Below are positions 28,240 through 41,422 of a stretch of DNA of 64,000 nucleotides, in pieces. The stretch's first letter is position 1. Each line of letters begins with the position of its first letter. Origin of the DNA: the human T2T-CHM13v2.0 reference genome, Homo sapiens. The position numbers were made by a program, and so were the translations under genes. The notes under the pieces were generated by a model. It was not told the origin of the DNA. It searched no databases and saw only the letters and a program-made list of their open reading frames with translations. The stretch lies in NCBI RefSeq assembly GCF_009914755.1, contig NC_060930.1; one strand, given 5' to 3'.

Positions 28240-29086
28240 GTTTTATTGAAGTATAAAATACATACAGAAACATGAACAGATCATAAGTGTACAGCTCGAT
28301 GTAACATCAAAAAGTAACTACCACCTATATCACTCAGATTAAAAACAAAACAAAAATCTTACCAGCATGCCCGAAGCCCCCTCCATGCCCCCTCCATTCA
28401 GGTACTACTCCCTCTCTCTTCCCCAAAGGAACCTGACTCCTAACACCATAAATTTGTTTTGTCTCTGAGTTTTATATAAATGGAGGGTGTGATAAGTATG
28501 TTTCTGCCTTCTTTCCCTTCACATTGTGTTCATGAGATTCATCCATACCGGTTGTGTGTAGCTGCTGTTCATTCATTCTTACTGCAGCATAGCAATCCAT
28601 TGTAGAAATAAGCCATAATTTTTTATTCTCTGTTGCTGATCATTTGGTGGTTTCCAGTTTTAGTCTTTTACAAATGGTGCTATTGTCAACAATTTTTACA
28701 TGTGTTTTGGTTCACATATGACACATTTCTGTTGGATATAGAAATAGAAGTGGAATTGTTAGGTCACAGGGTATGCTAAATTCAACTGTAATAGATAATA
28801 GCAAACAGTATTCCAAAATGGTTGTACCGATTTACACACCCACTAGCAACATATGAGAGTACTGGTTGATCTTATGCCCTTCTCAATCCTTGGTAAAATC
28901 AGTTGTTCTTGTTTTTTTGTGGTTGTATGATTGAAGCTTTATTGTATTCCCTGATTACTAATGAGGTCAAGCACATTTTATATATGTATTGGATGTTTAG
29001 ATATTAGATATACTTACTGGATGTCTTATGCAATGGCTATTTTTTTGTCTTGCCCATTTTTATTGTGTTGACTTTTTATTAATGAG

Positions 29087-29121
<35 letters not shown>

Positions 29122-29190
29122 AAGAAGCTTTTATATGTTCTAGATAGGAGCTCTTCATTAATTATACATATTGCAAATATTTTTTCCCAC
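28240..29190 (-). mobile_element. L1ME-like 3' fragment containing a (TG)n at ~29089-29118
   Basis: Typical reverse L1M 3' motifs (gagattcatccat, agtggaattgttaggtca, ttccaaaatggttgtacc). Confidence 0.8.
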
Positions 29191-29549
29191 TATATAGAAA
29201 AATAGAATAAATATCAGACAATAGAAAGAGCAAGAAGCTGGGAGATATTTGATACACAAAGTTCTATGCCTCTCATGAATGAAACAACTCTCAGAAAAGG
29301 TTTGACCGTCTTTGTGCCTTAAGAGAATTTTGTGGCCACCTGAGGAGAGCTTCCTTTAAAGCACTGAATCATGTTGGGCCATCAGAATAAGTTTCCCATA
29401 GAATAAGCCCCAATCTTGGCAGACAGGGTCCTCCTGGCATCCCCTCAGCATGAGAGGTGGGTGAAAGCTGCTGCATGTCCTCACTGGAGACTCAGGCTTG
29501 GGTTATCACACGCTTATGGAATGCAGAGTAGAACGACAGGGTCCTCAGT

Positions 29550-30300
29550 TGGAAGCATTATCCTCAATTATTCTCTTGCCCTCACTCTCCACATTTAATC
29601 CGTGAACAAACCCCATGGACCCTCCTTCCAAAACATGCTACTAACATGTCCCCTTCTCCTCTTCCAGCGCAGCCACTTTAATCAAGCCACCACATCACCG
29701 GCCTGGAGTCCTACACAGCCCCATCCACTTCCTTCCACTCTCGCCCCTCTACAATCCCTTCTCCACATAACAGCCAAGTGGCCATTTTAAAATGGAAATC
29801 AACTTGTCAGTTTCCTATTCCAGTGGCTTCCACCGTTCTCAGAATAAGATCTAGCCTATTCTTCAAACCCCTCCTTGATCTGGTTCCTATTTCTCTACCT
29901 CATCTCCCTATATCTTCTCACCTCGTCCATCAGCCCTCACCTCCCTGGCCCTCTTTCTGTCCTTGGATATGAAAAGCTTGGTCCTAACTCGGAACCTCTG
30001 CCCACTCATTGCTTCTCCCCCATGTTATTGACTCCTTTTTGTCCCTTTCTTAGAGAGGCTTTCCTGATCATTCAGACTGAAGGAGCTACCTGGTCCCTCT
30101 CTATCACAAAACCCTACTTTTGTGTTACCTACTGGTTTTGTCATGTTGCTGTTGTTTATTTGCTTGCTCATTGTTGAGTGTCTCCACACACTCAAGTACC
30201 TCTGTGCGGGCAGGACAACATGTGTCTCCTTCTCATCTTGTACCCAGCACCTAGCACAATGCCTATGTAGAGAAGGAGCTCAATAAATATCTGTTGAATG
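29550..30300 (+). mobile_element. L2 3' fragment
   Basis: Pyrimidine-rich L2 body ending cccagcacctagcaca…ctcaataaatatctgttgaatg. Confidence 0.8.
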
Positions 30301-31149
30301 GAAGAGTGAACATTCAATCGTTGCTGTCCCTGTGAGACCCCATTTGGGATCCATTGAACTCTAAGCACTTGAAGAAACACATTGTCTATATGAGGGGTTG
30401 GATTTAGTAGTCTTTCAGGTATTATAAATTAAAATTAGCAATTATCATGTTGCTTTGCTAATTTTGCCCCCAAAAGAAGCTTTTAAAAAAATTCTTAGCT
30501 ATCTTTTCAAATTTGGATGTAGGGTGAGTACCTTGCTTTTCCTAGGCAAGGATGGAATCAAACTTGGCTTCTCCTGGTTTGCAGTTACAGATAGAAACTC
30601 CCCACAATTCCATTTAGGAGAGCACTCTCAGCTCCTTGAATTCAGGCAGTTTCACCAAGGATTTGAAGAAATCCTTACTCCCACAGGACTTTCTTAGCTC
30701 CTAAATTTTATCCTTTGCTTTTGTGTAAGGGAGACTAAACATTAGACATATTGAGAATTAGAATAAGTCCCAAGAAAGAAATAGACAAGAAATCTAATTG
30801 CAGAGTAGGCTTCAATAAAGACAAGCTAATTATTAAATAAATAACACAGCTTGCTGGCCTCTTGGTTAAAAGTATTTGTGTAATTCACCCATAGATATAG
30901 TTCTAACAATATTTAGCAGCTGCCATGTATCAAAAATGTATTATGTGCCATGCAGTGGGTTAATTCTTACCTAGTTAAAGGTAGAATAAATTGATCTTAT
31001 CAGGGTACTAGATCAAGCCTGGAAGAATTGAGTTCTTATTATATGGGATAGATAATTCAAAGGTTGGTGCCCTTGTATGAACTAAAATCAGAATGACTAG
31101 TTTCTCCTTGTCCCTGCTAAAATTACAATGCCAGAAATTGACTGTTGGA

Positions 31150-31830
31150 AAGTCCTGAAATTCCAAGGAACCCCAGGAGATACAAAGTTGAATGTAAGAT
31201 ACAATGCCTGCCTTCAAGTTGTTCACCATCCTGAGTGGGAAAGACAAATAGGTAAATCCAATCCAGAATGCCAAGGACTATAAAAAGGAATAAGAACAAA
31301 GGAGGAAGCATGGGGTTCTCCGAGGAAGTGATGTCTAACCTGAGTTCCTGAAGGAGGAATAGGAGTCTGGAAGGAGTACTCCTCCCCGGCAGAGGGGCCA
31401 GCACATGGCAAGGACTAGTGTGAGAAAGGGCACCATTCATTAGGGGAAGTGAAAGCAATTCAGTATTGGCCAGGGAGCAGAGTGTGTGCGGACATGGTAA
31501 GACGTGATGCTGAGAAGTAAACGGAATCTAGGCCATGAAAACTTTGTAAGCCATGCTAAGCAGTTTGGAAATTATCACATGAGCCATAGTGATTCTCTGA
31601 AGAATTTAAAGCCAGGGAGTGATTGATCAGATTTGTGTTTAGAAAAATCACTTTCAAGGGGTGGGACTGGAGCCAGGAGTGGGTAGTGGTTGCAAGAAGA
31701 TCATGGTGTTGGTATCATTGGCCAAATTAGAAGCAATAGGAATGAAGGAAGTAGTACAAGAAAATAGGAGGAGAGGGAAGTAAGCAGAAAGTAAGAATGA
31801 CTTCCAGGTTTTCAGATGACTATTCTGGAA
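31150..31830 (-). mobile_element. L2 fragment
   Basis: gaggaagtgatgtctaacctgag…gccatgctaag…tgattgatcagatttgtgttt motifs. Confidence 0.7.
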
Positions 31831-33974
31831 GAAAAGATTACACTTTGCAATATATGATCAAGGATGTTTCCAGATCAGGAAAGATGTGTTCATTTGTCTT
31901 TCAAGACTCTGAATTCCACAGATCCACGATTACAGTGCCACTAATACCATCAGGGACTCAACCATAGTTAAGAGGAAGCTCTAAACTCCAGTTTCATGCA
32001 CTGAGGGAATCCATTTCATCTGAGGAGGAAGAGGACTTGAAAGGAAGTTAACCAGAGGCACCAACTGATTATAGTCTAGGCAGAGAACTAGGGAGAGGAA
32101 AATTAGATGTTGGTCAATCTAAAGAATAGACCTTCCTGGCAAGCAAGCAAAGGGAAAATCAAGTAGAAGAATGGAATGATTCGTGTTAATGGGACATCAC
32201 TGAGCAAGCAATTTCCAAGGGGGGATAAGTTCACGGCAGAACTGGATCGCATCCCATTTGATAGAATGTGCTGATTTGCTGAGAAGGTTGTTATGCAAAG
32301 GTGTGAAGAGGGCAGCATTAGAACTTAATAAGCTGGCTCAGAAATGTCTCAGTTGTCTTCAGAACTGCTTCTTGTTTGTTGTAAGGGAATTGGGATGGGG
32401 GTTGGGAGAGACAACGTTGGAGAGGATTGGAGATCCTCTTTAACCAACTTACAGAACTCACCCAAGTCCTCTGTGGAAGGCTGCAGCCTTTGTGTACGTG
32501 GTTGTTTTACAGACTGAGATATAACTAAGACCAGAAATGCTGAACTAATTCCGAAGCAGTCAACCACCACAAGAGGTTTATAGGGGCAGCATGCTAAGGA
32601 AACTCACCAAGAAACAGACAAACACCACTGTTGACAAGCCTTCTGTCTTAAAGCCTAATGTGTTCTCCTGGGGAAATGAGATAGACCAAGAGAAGCCACA
32701 AGGCCCCTTTTTGTCTAGAAGCGGTGCCCTGAGATCTCGAGAAGTTCTCCAGTTGGGCTTTAAAAATCCCCACAGATCCAAAGTATTCTTGGGGGTCAAG
32801 GGGGTCTCTACAATTTTTCAATTTTGTGTTTCCACTTCAATAATTGTGAAAATTAATATAATCATATTTGGGAGTGTCTTTATGATTCCTTCAAATCCAG
32901 GCCTGCCCTTTAATGCCAGTGCTATCTTTGTTTCTAGCGTACAGTCACATTGGTGGCAAGTAGTACTTTGTTGTCATGGACTAATGGGTGTTGGAGGAGG
33001 TGGGGAGACAGAAAACTTACGCAATAGAAGTGATTTTCCAAGTGAAGTACTACTAAGTACTCCAGTAATGCTAGTGTACTAAGGTAATGTTAGGGTATAT
33101 AAGTAGCTAAGTAGGTAATACTTACAATGCTAAGATAATTTTAAGGTAATAAGATGGCAGTCAGGAAGAAAGAGCTACATCCTGCTTTAATAAATGACAA
33201 GGCATGTCATCTTAGTCAGAAATGCCCCAGGGGAGAACTCAGGGGACACACAGGCAAGGCAAGCAGGAGAAAGGGCTGTGAACACAGCCAAGTGGCTACC
33301 TGAGAGCATCAGAGATTAGAGTAAAAAGGGGTGGAGGAAGCTCTAGGTCAGGATGGGACAGAAGGACCAGAAAGGAAAGTGCTTGGGAGACCTTAAGTAT
33401 GTGGGAAGAACTTTGTCTTAAAAAGAGTCCTTCACAAAGGTAGTGTTTACCCCTGATTCTTTTCTTCTCCTCAGCCTCTTCCGTGTTAGTGGTTTTGTTG
33501 TGCTGTGCATTCAAGAATACCAAGGTTTGAGTTGTAATTTGTTAGTATAAATTCTTAAGGCCAGAGTGACCTTTTTTTAGACTAGAACACTGTTGCACTT
33601 TTTCACATTCTTCTGCTTATGTAACAAGGACAAGCATACAGCTAAATGGCATTTGCGGGCCAACACTAAATTCATTCATTTACTCGACTCAGTACATTGA
33701 CTGAGTACTGATTCTGTGGTAGCCATTAGGATACAGTAAAGAACAGAAGTAGCTCAGTCCCTGCCCACGTGCAGCTTTCTACAGAGTAGTAATCTAGGGA
33801 ATAGCCAACATTGCCAGGCCATGCTAAAGGTGTAAAAGTTCCTCTCCACTCTGACACTGCACTTATTTTTCCAATAAAAATAATAAAATAAATGTCAATG
33901 TACTCATAAATCGATAGCACCAGAGGTTATTTTGATGTTCTCTGGGACCTTCGTATTCAAAGAGTAGCTCACAT

Positions 33975-34100
33975 TCCAGCACCTGCAGCATCACCGGCAG
34001 CTTCTCAGAAATGCAGAGTCCAGGTCCCGCCTCAGACCTGCTGAGTCAGAACCTGCATTGTTACCCAACTGACCCTTATGCACATCAACATTTGAAAAGC
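33975..34100. mobile_element. MER5A fragment
   Basis: agcatcacc…agaaatgcagagt…cagacctgctgagtcagaa. Confidence 0.7.
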
Positions 34101-36454
34101 CCTTTTCTCTTAACATGTTTTAAGAGAAATGGCTGCCTTTTCACCCAAGAGGATAAATCTGCAAATATTTTATATGGTTATTTGGAAACTATCATTTAGA
34201 TCTGGTTATAGTTTCTCTGGATGTGCACTATCTCAATGGATCTTGGGCCAGCCAAGAAAAGTGTGTCTGTTTAATAGTCTAAAAATAAATTTTCAAGTTC
34301 CCTTTAGAACTTCTGCATTTCTCATACTTAGTTTTTAACTTTTACTTCCAAATGGTCTACTGAAGGAAAAGAAAAGTCTTGATTGCTTCGACTTTTCTCA
34401 AAAAAATTATGAAACTTTTAACCTTGGAACTCACTGATTTAGAATATTTATTAAGATTTCTAAAAATAATAAAAAATTTGATTATGTACCAATAGAGCCT
34501 CACAGTTGAAATCTTTAAAAATTAAGAATGTTAACTATCACAGATGTTTTCTGCCAATTACAGTAAGGATATGTATTCTCTATTGTCAACTACAAAGATA
34601 ACCTAGAGAATTAATGTTTTATATTTATATATGTACATCTGCATGTCTGGGTGTGTGGGTGAAAGGAGAGAGAGAGAGAGGGAAACTTTGCAAAACAATG
34701 TTAAATAAAACTATTTCAAGACCTCCTTGTTGAACACTCAAACAACAAGGAAAGTCAGAATTGTTTGGAAAACACTTTATCAGTTCTAATCCCTTCACAT
34801 TCTCTATTCCACTCTCCTGCCTCAGAGCTTTTCCTCTACAGTTTTAATCGCCTACAGTGCTTTTTCTTCTCCTTACAAACTTTCTTCATCGCCAATTATC
34901 CTGGGTGTCTTTTACGTCTTTCTTTCCTGGACTTCTACTACTGACACTCCCCTACGGCATCACACTATTAACTGACACTTCAATATGCTTTATATTTTTT
35001 ACTGCTAAGATTTTAAGCTCTGTGAGGCAGAACTTAAACTATAGATATATAAGAAAATTCCAAGCACATAATAGCTACTCAATAAATAATCATCAGTTGA
35101 TTAGTCAACTATATAAAACTATACTTGAATTGAATGAACAAGGGTAAGAAAGCCTTCATGTTACTTAATTTAAATGAAGCTGAATATAATTAGAATTAAT
35201 CAGATTGGCAATAGACACCTGGCCTAAGATCAAGAGATCTGGGGGTTTCACAGTATTTGGTTACTCTTTTTTTGTTCAGTTTCCCCTTCCAGTTCGCTAA
35301 AAAACAAACAAAAAAAAATTATAAAAGGTTCTTTTCAGAATGTTTCTGTACCCACAAATTTTATCAGTATTAGTAACAACCCGATGAGCACAATCAGATG
35401 GGAGCTATAAATAAAAGGAACAGTCTAATAAGAATTCACAGGCACGTGTCTATCATCTAAGAAGACATAGCTCAACTTGAAACCCTGTCTACACATGACT
35501 CCATGGCTGACCCCAAAAAGCCCAAAATTAATTTAAAAATTTCCCATCCTCTTTCCTTTTTGATATTTTATAAATATGATGCTAAATCTTTAAAATCCAC
35601 TAAAAGTCCCATCTCTTCCATGAATCTTTCCTCTACGGAAAATCACCACTCCTCTCGTCTGTAAACTGCAATTAAACTGAGATTTCAAACCACCTCAAAG
35701 GGTATTCGTTCTCATAAATGCTTTGTGTTCTTATCTTATCTCTCCAGCTAGATTTAAAACCTTTGATATATCTATACAAGCCTAGGTACACAGACACACA
35801 GAGAAATTTGCTAATCAAGCCGAACAATTTTAGTTACAGTTCAAGAAAGATGATATTTGCTCAAGTGTAGTCGGATAGGAAGTTTTAGCACTGAATTAAA
35901 GTCCTAAATAAGAAAGGTAGAAGATTAGGAAATGCTGAATGCAAATAATGAATTGTTTTGTATCTCAAAAATGTTTGGGTCCATAGATTTTTCTGAAACT
36001 CATGGGACATCAATTTTAAATGCATATGCTTATGAACGTGACATCTTCTGGGTTGAAGCATCAGCTCATAAGAAGGCACATGGTCTCTACTTATAGACTA
36101 GACTCAGAGAGTCTAATAAATTCAATTCGGAGTTATTCTTTTCCAAAATCAAATGCCAAATCTTTTAACACTGGCCAGTCCTCATAAAACAGTCTATCAA
36201 ACATAATGGAAAATTTTTTAAAGTTCCTGGAATAAATGTCACTCCGACTATATTTTTTTCTTATCCAATGGGAAAACAGCACAAGACTCAATTTTATTAG
36301 AAAACTGTAGCATTCCAAATTTCATCATAGTCAACTCATTCTTAGCACCCAGACCCAGTCCCATGCACGTCACCCTACCACCCTCACTCCCCAGTTCCCA
36401 GTGATAGGCAAAAAAAAAAAAAGAAAAAAAAAAAGAACTTCACCCAAGTTCTGC

Positions 36455-36462
36455 TGACGTCA
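36455..36462. promoter_or_regulatory. Full palindromic CRE (TGACGTCA)
   Basis: Exact motif with an intact CpG in unique sequence, and a half-site (cacgtca) about 90 bp upstream. Confidence 0.3.
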
Positions 36463-38422
36463 ATAGGGTGTTTGCGTGCAAAGTCTGGTGGATGGATTGA
36501 AGACAGTGTGTTGTAACTTTTCTTAAGGCCCCAATTATTCAAAGAAACCTCACTTCTAAAGGGAAGTATCAAAAATCCAGAACTCTCTTTCAAGGAAAAA
36601 GCAGCAAGTAAATCTCAAAAGAATTAATAATGGATAATGCCCTAAACCTCATAGTAATAACAAACGGTGATCATACATCCTTAGGGAAAAAAATGCAAAG
36701 GAAAAAAGCATAACTAAGAAGAGAATCATAAGTATCCACAATTGCTTATATTTGAGGCTTTTTGTTTTTTGTTTCTTAAACATTTTCAGTTATGTCAAAT
36801 ACCATCTGCAAATGTAAGTTCTCAGAGTTTTCTGACTATGGTACTGAACATTCAGATACTGTAAAGAGCCATTTGCTCAAGATAATAATTAATATTTATT
36901 CCAAAATAATAAACGTGAGATGCTGGACTTCGTGCTACACAGTGGGGAACAAAGAGTACCTAAAAAAAAAAAACAACTAAATTTGAAGAGAAATGTTCTT
37001 GCTCTCAAACATTTACAATCGAGTTAGAATAACAGGTATAACATATTCTGCCTTGTTTTCACATACATTTGCTACATGTCTGATACATATATGAAATAAT
37101 GGAATAAAGCTTTAAACAGCAATCAATCAATAAAAGCAATGAAGTTCCATGTGTACTGGATGGGTGTGGCCAATCCAAGTGCATCCTAAGAAGTGTGAGC
37201 AGAGATAAGTAGGTATCTGGGGCAAGGGTGATTTGCCCCCAAGGAAACATTTTTTTGGCCAATTCTTAAGACTGTTTATTTCCTGCACTATACTTCATCA
37301 CAAGACGGCAGACTGGAAAAATATCTCCACGACTTGGAACTGTTCTTGTTTACAAAGCTGTGTCAACTATAAGTTCAAAATAAGGGCATACTTCTTTTTC
37401 AATTTCTATATGAAAAGAAATCCTTTCATTCCAGGAAAGATAGCATTACCCAAATGAATCACAAAATTGTTCCTTTGACACACTTCAGATTTGTGGTTGT
37501 TAGAAACAACTCTCAAATAGAAAACACTGTCTAATTGTCAGTAGCTTGTTCCTCTGAGTCTTTTATTAGGGTTGGTACAGACCAGCTGACAAGTTATTTC
37601 AATTCATTTCAGTTCTATAAACCATCTGTAAAGAGCTGTTCTCAGGGCTGAAATGATACAAAAAAGGAAGAACAAAGAGTTGCTACCCCATCTCTCCGGT
37701 GGACTCACTCGCACAGAATGATGTTAATAACCCCACAGCAGCAGGGACAGAAATACAGCCAGTCTGGTTATCTTAACCTTTATAGCTTGCTTTTTTTCAT
37801 GCGCAAAAATTCCATTAGTGGAGCTGAGCATTTTATTTAGCATTTGAATTTTACTACTTTTGTCTTAAAGGGCAAACCCAACTACATAGGCATGACTTTT
37901 TTTCTTTGAAGTCCCAGAGCACTCTACCTAGAACTCTCATAAGACACTTACGTTCTCTACCCAACCTGACAGTTGTTTCAGGTAAGTGGTATGTTTGCTT
38001 GTTCAGATGCCTCCCGCTGAGGAAGTAACTCAGTAAAGAGTTAACCACTCACTGCCTGGCACAGTGAATGAATGAATCAATGGAGAATAGATTCTATGCT
38101 CTCTGGGGGCAGAGTGCATATCTAATTATTCATTGTATGCCCCAAAATACACAACAGGGTTTCAGTAAATAGGTGTTATATCACTGAACTGAATCACCAT
38201 ATCTTAGAGTCAGTGCAGCCATATGCAGATATCCCTTCTGCAGCATCTATTATGGGTGACCACTCAACATCTCTTGGAATGCTTCCAGTGACAGTGCTCA
38301 GTACTTCTGCTGCAATTTCAACCCTTAGGTTAACATGACAAACAAAAAAGAATTAATCATATCTTCATCTAGATATAGTGCTGTTCAAGCAAATTAAAAT
38401 ATATTAATTATTCTTGCCTTCC

Positions 38423-38722
<300 letters not shown>

Positions 38723-38882
38723 TATCCTTGCCTTTCTAAAGATTGCATTTTCTAGCAGAGTATCATTGCTGAGCCCAACTCAATGTCCCCAGGTGTCTGT
38801 TTGTAAGAGTTGATCACCTGTGACAGTGCGCTTCACAACACAGATTTGACTTCCACCGCAGACTGTCCAAAATTTCAATTGT

Positions 38883-39012
38883 CGGTACCCCAGAATCACC
38901 TACGAGCCTTGTAAAAATACGAATGCCAGACTCTGCTTCTGACTCACTGCATCAAAGTATCTAGGGGTGAGGTCTGGGTATATAATTTATCTAACTAGGG
39001 TTGAAAAATGCT
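38883..39012. mobile_element. MER5-like fragment
   Basis: cagaatcacct…cttgtaaaaatac…tctaggggtgagg…agggttgaaaa. Confidence 0.55.
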
Positions 39013-39448
39013 GAGATAAGGACATTTTTGCTTTAAAGCTCAAGAAAGAGAGACATTTTTGTGCCAGGAATCCTTCAGTCTTGAGTGAGAGAATCAAGGG
39101 CATGGAGGGGAAGAAAGATGTGGAGACATTTCCTTGTCCAGCTCCACAGACTTTTTGGGCTTCTACGAGGGAAGCAATCAGTGAGAGTTGAGAGGGCCCA
39201 TGAATCTGTAGGCCATACAGCTCCAGGGCTAGAAGGACAGCAAGCATGGTGATGCAGCCCAGATGGTCAGGTTCTCAGGGAGGGCAACAACAGCCACAGC
39301 CACCAGACACCCTCAAGCAACAAGAAGAGCCAGGGTGGGAGAATCAGAACGGGCCAGAGGTCACAAGGTGGCTGTGGTTAATAGACCGACTTGAGCACAT
39401 GGCAGACACCCTGCCTGGGGACTTCCAGACTAATTCAAGAGGAGGACT

Positions 39449-39510
39449 CTACAGGGAGATTCATTCACTCATTAGAACACTACAGGGAGATTCATTCATT
39501 CATTTAATAC
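39449..39510. repeat. Tandem duplication, 2 x 31 bp (ctacagggagattcattca…)
   Basis: Copies at 39449 and 39480, at the end of a minus-strand L2 tail. Confidence 0.88.
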
Positions 39511-39874
39511 ATACTTATTGAGCACCTACTCTCAGCCAGGCTCTCTTAGAAGTTCCAAGATTACAGGAGATAGGAATAAATGTAGAATCTCACTTAGGAA
39601 ACCTGAGTTCTTAGTGCTCATGTGACCCACAAGGCTCCAACTAGCAAAGTCCTGAGGCATTAGGAATAGAACTTGAATACATAACGTGGAATTAGGTATA
39701 CACGAAGAGATAAGGGTGAGTATCTCCTTTTCTGACTTTTACTTGAAGAAAAAAAAATCACTTTTTGAAGACAGAGAAAGATATACATATAGATAGAGAT
39801 AGATACAAACAAAAAAGATAGATAGACCTTAATGTGTGTAGGTGTATATACACATATGTGTGTGTGTGTGTATA

Positions 39875-39955
39875 TATGGTTGGTGCAAAATTAATTGCAG
39901 TTTTGCCATTCAAAGTAATGGCAAAGGCTGTGCAATTACTTTTGCACCAACCTAA
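39875..39955. mobile_element. MADE1 (Hsmar1-derived ~80-bp MITE)
   Basis: Near-palindrome ggttggtgcaaaa(t)taattgc…gcaattacttttgcaccaacctaa in a TA-rich context. Confidence 0.93.
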
Positions 39956-40774
39956 TATATACACCTACACACATTTTTCAAGGCATAATCCCATGCATGC
40001 ACTGAGAGTTTCTTGGGATACCAGGCGTCTCTTATCCACCAAGTTAAACTTGTCTCATCCCACTTTGCCCTAGAGCCCTCAGAAGGATTGCAAGCAGAGT
40101 GCAGCCTCCCCTTTGTCCTGGCTGCAGCTGTCTCTGCCTGGATGAGCTCTCTAAGAGCCCAGGGTAACGGTCTTGACCGTGACTACTTACCGAGAGGCTA
40201 TGAAAGGATAAACAGGCAGCCACATGAACGCAATGCTCTTTAATTACGTGGTCCCACCATGGAAGGAAGGCCGGCAGACAGGCAGACACATTCCAATTAC
40301 ACTAATACACCTTGTAAACATCAAATATTTTTATTCTGAGATTAAAGACAGCCTGTATCCTCACAACACTCCTGAGACCGTGCGTCTCAGGGCTGCCAGT
40401 GCTGCTGGTGAAACAGGATTTCCTTTGATTAAAATAGACTTTCATATAAATAACAGCCTCAAGTCTAGAGGTGGTCAAATGTAACTTCCACTGCAGACTG
40501 TCCACAATCTCAATTGTAGTTCTTAAAAATCTTTCAGAAAGGACAGGGTTCATGTTCTCAGAGGAAACTGATTAACCTAGCCTCGTTTTCTTCCAGTTTT
40601 TACCCTACCTATCCAGAGTCGGCAGTCAATTGGTTCCCTTGGTTAACGCTTGGTGGCAGTGGGCCTTGAGGCTTAAATCTGGTTGTTGTGTGGGTCACCT
40701 GCCTTCACTTGGTGTCAGCTCTTCCTGAGTCACAGACCGAGATGTTACTAACCCAGCCAAATTCTTTTATCCAG

Positions 40775-40807
40775 GCCAGCGGGGAACCAGTGACCTGAAC
40801 GTGCAAG
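40775..40807 (+). other. Candidate 33-nt exon of an unidentified transcript
   Basis: Branch point TACTAAC at 40746-40752, acceptor ttcttttatccag and donor AAG|GTGAGT. Length is a multiple of 3. Confidence 0.4.
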
Positions 40808-41057
40808 GTGAGTTGTCTGGGTACCTCGCCACTGGTTGTAAGCTAATCTGTAGAGAAAAAGTGATGAAATTCAGCAAAACCATTCATATGCCTTTCTGAT
40901 AGTGAGCCTTTTCATGTGAGTCATCATCATAGGCAAAAAAGTCTTTGAAGCTCCTGATCCTATATCACAAATAAATGTTAGAACTAATAAATAAACTCCC
41001 AAAGAAATAGGTTCTCTATTTGAACCAATAAAACAACTTGTATAAGATGAAAACTTC

Positions 41058-41422
41058 TGGTCTACTCCATTCAGGCTGCTGTAACAAAATACCATAGACT
41101 GGGTGGCTTAGAAACCATAGAAATGTATTTCTTACAGTTCTGGAGACTGGGGGGTAAAAGATCAAGACGCCAGCAGATTCAGTGTCTGGTGAGAGCCCAC
41201 TTTCTGCCTCATAGATGTTGCCTTTTCATTGTATCCTCACGTGGTAGAAGGGGTGAGTCTCTCTCTTGGGTTTCTTTCATAAGGGCACTAATCCCATTCA
41301 TGAGGCCTGCACTCCTATGTCCTAATCACCTCCCAAAGGCCCTAACTCCTAATACCATCACCTTGGGATTAAGAGTTCAACATAAGAATTTATGGGGAGA
41401 CACACATATTCAGACTATAGCA
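41058..41422 (-). mobile_element. MaLR solo LTR (MLT1A-like)
   Basis: ggctgctgtaacaaaataccatagactgggtggctta…taatcacctcccaaaggcc…cattcagactatagca. Confidence 0.9.

Noticed and set aside
33040-33155. Degenerate taag/gtaat-rich stretch
   Set aside because: There is no consistent period, so it was treated as decayed low-complexity sequence.
37945-38009. Minus-strand block GRHLNKQTYHLPETTVRLGRE resembling an FHA or actin motif
   Set aside because: It is too short, has no compatible continuation, and overlaps a better plus-strand exon candidate.
40371-40391. Hairpin cctgagac-cgtgc-gtctcagg as an iron-responsive element
   Set aside because: The loop is not CAGUGN, there is no bulged C, and an 8-bp stem is expected by chance.
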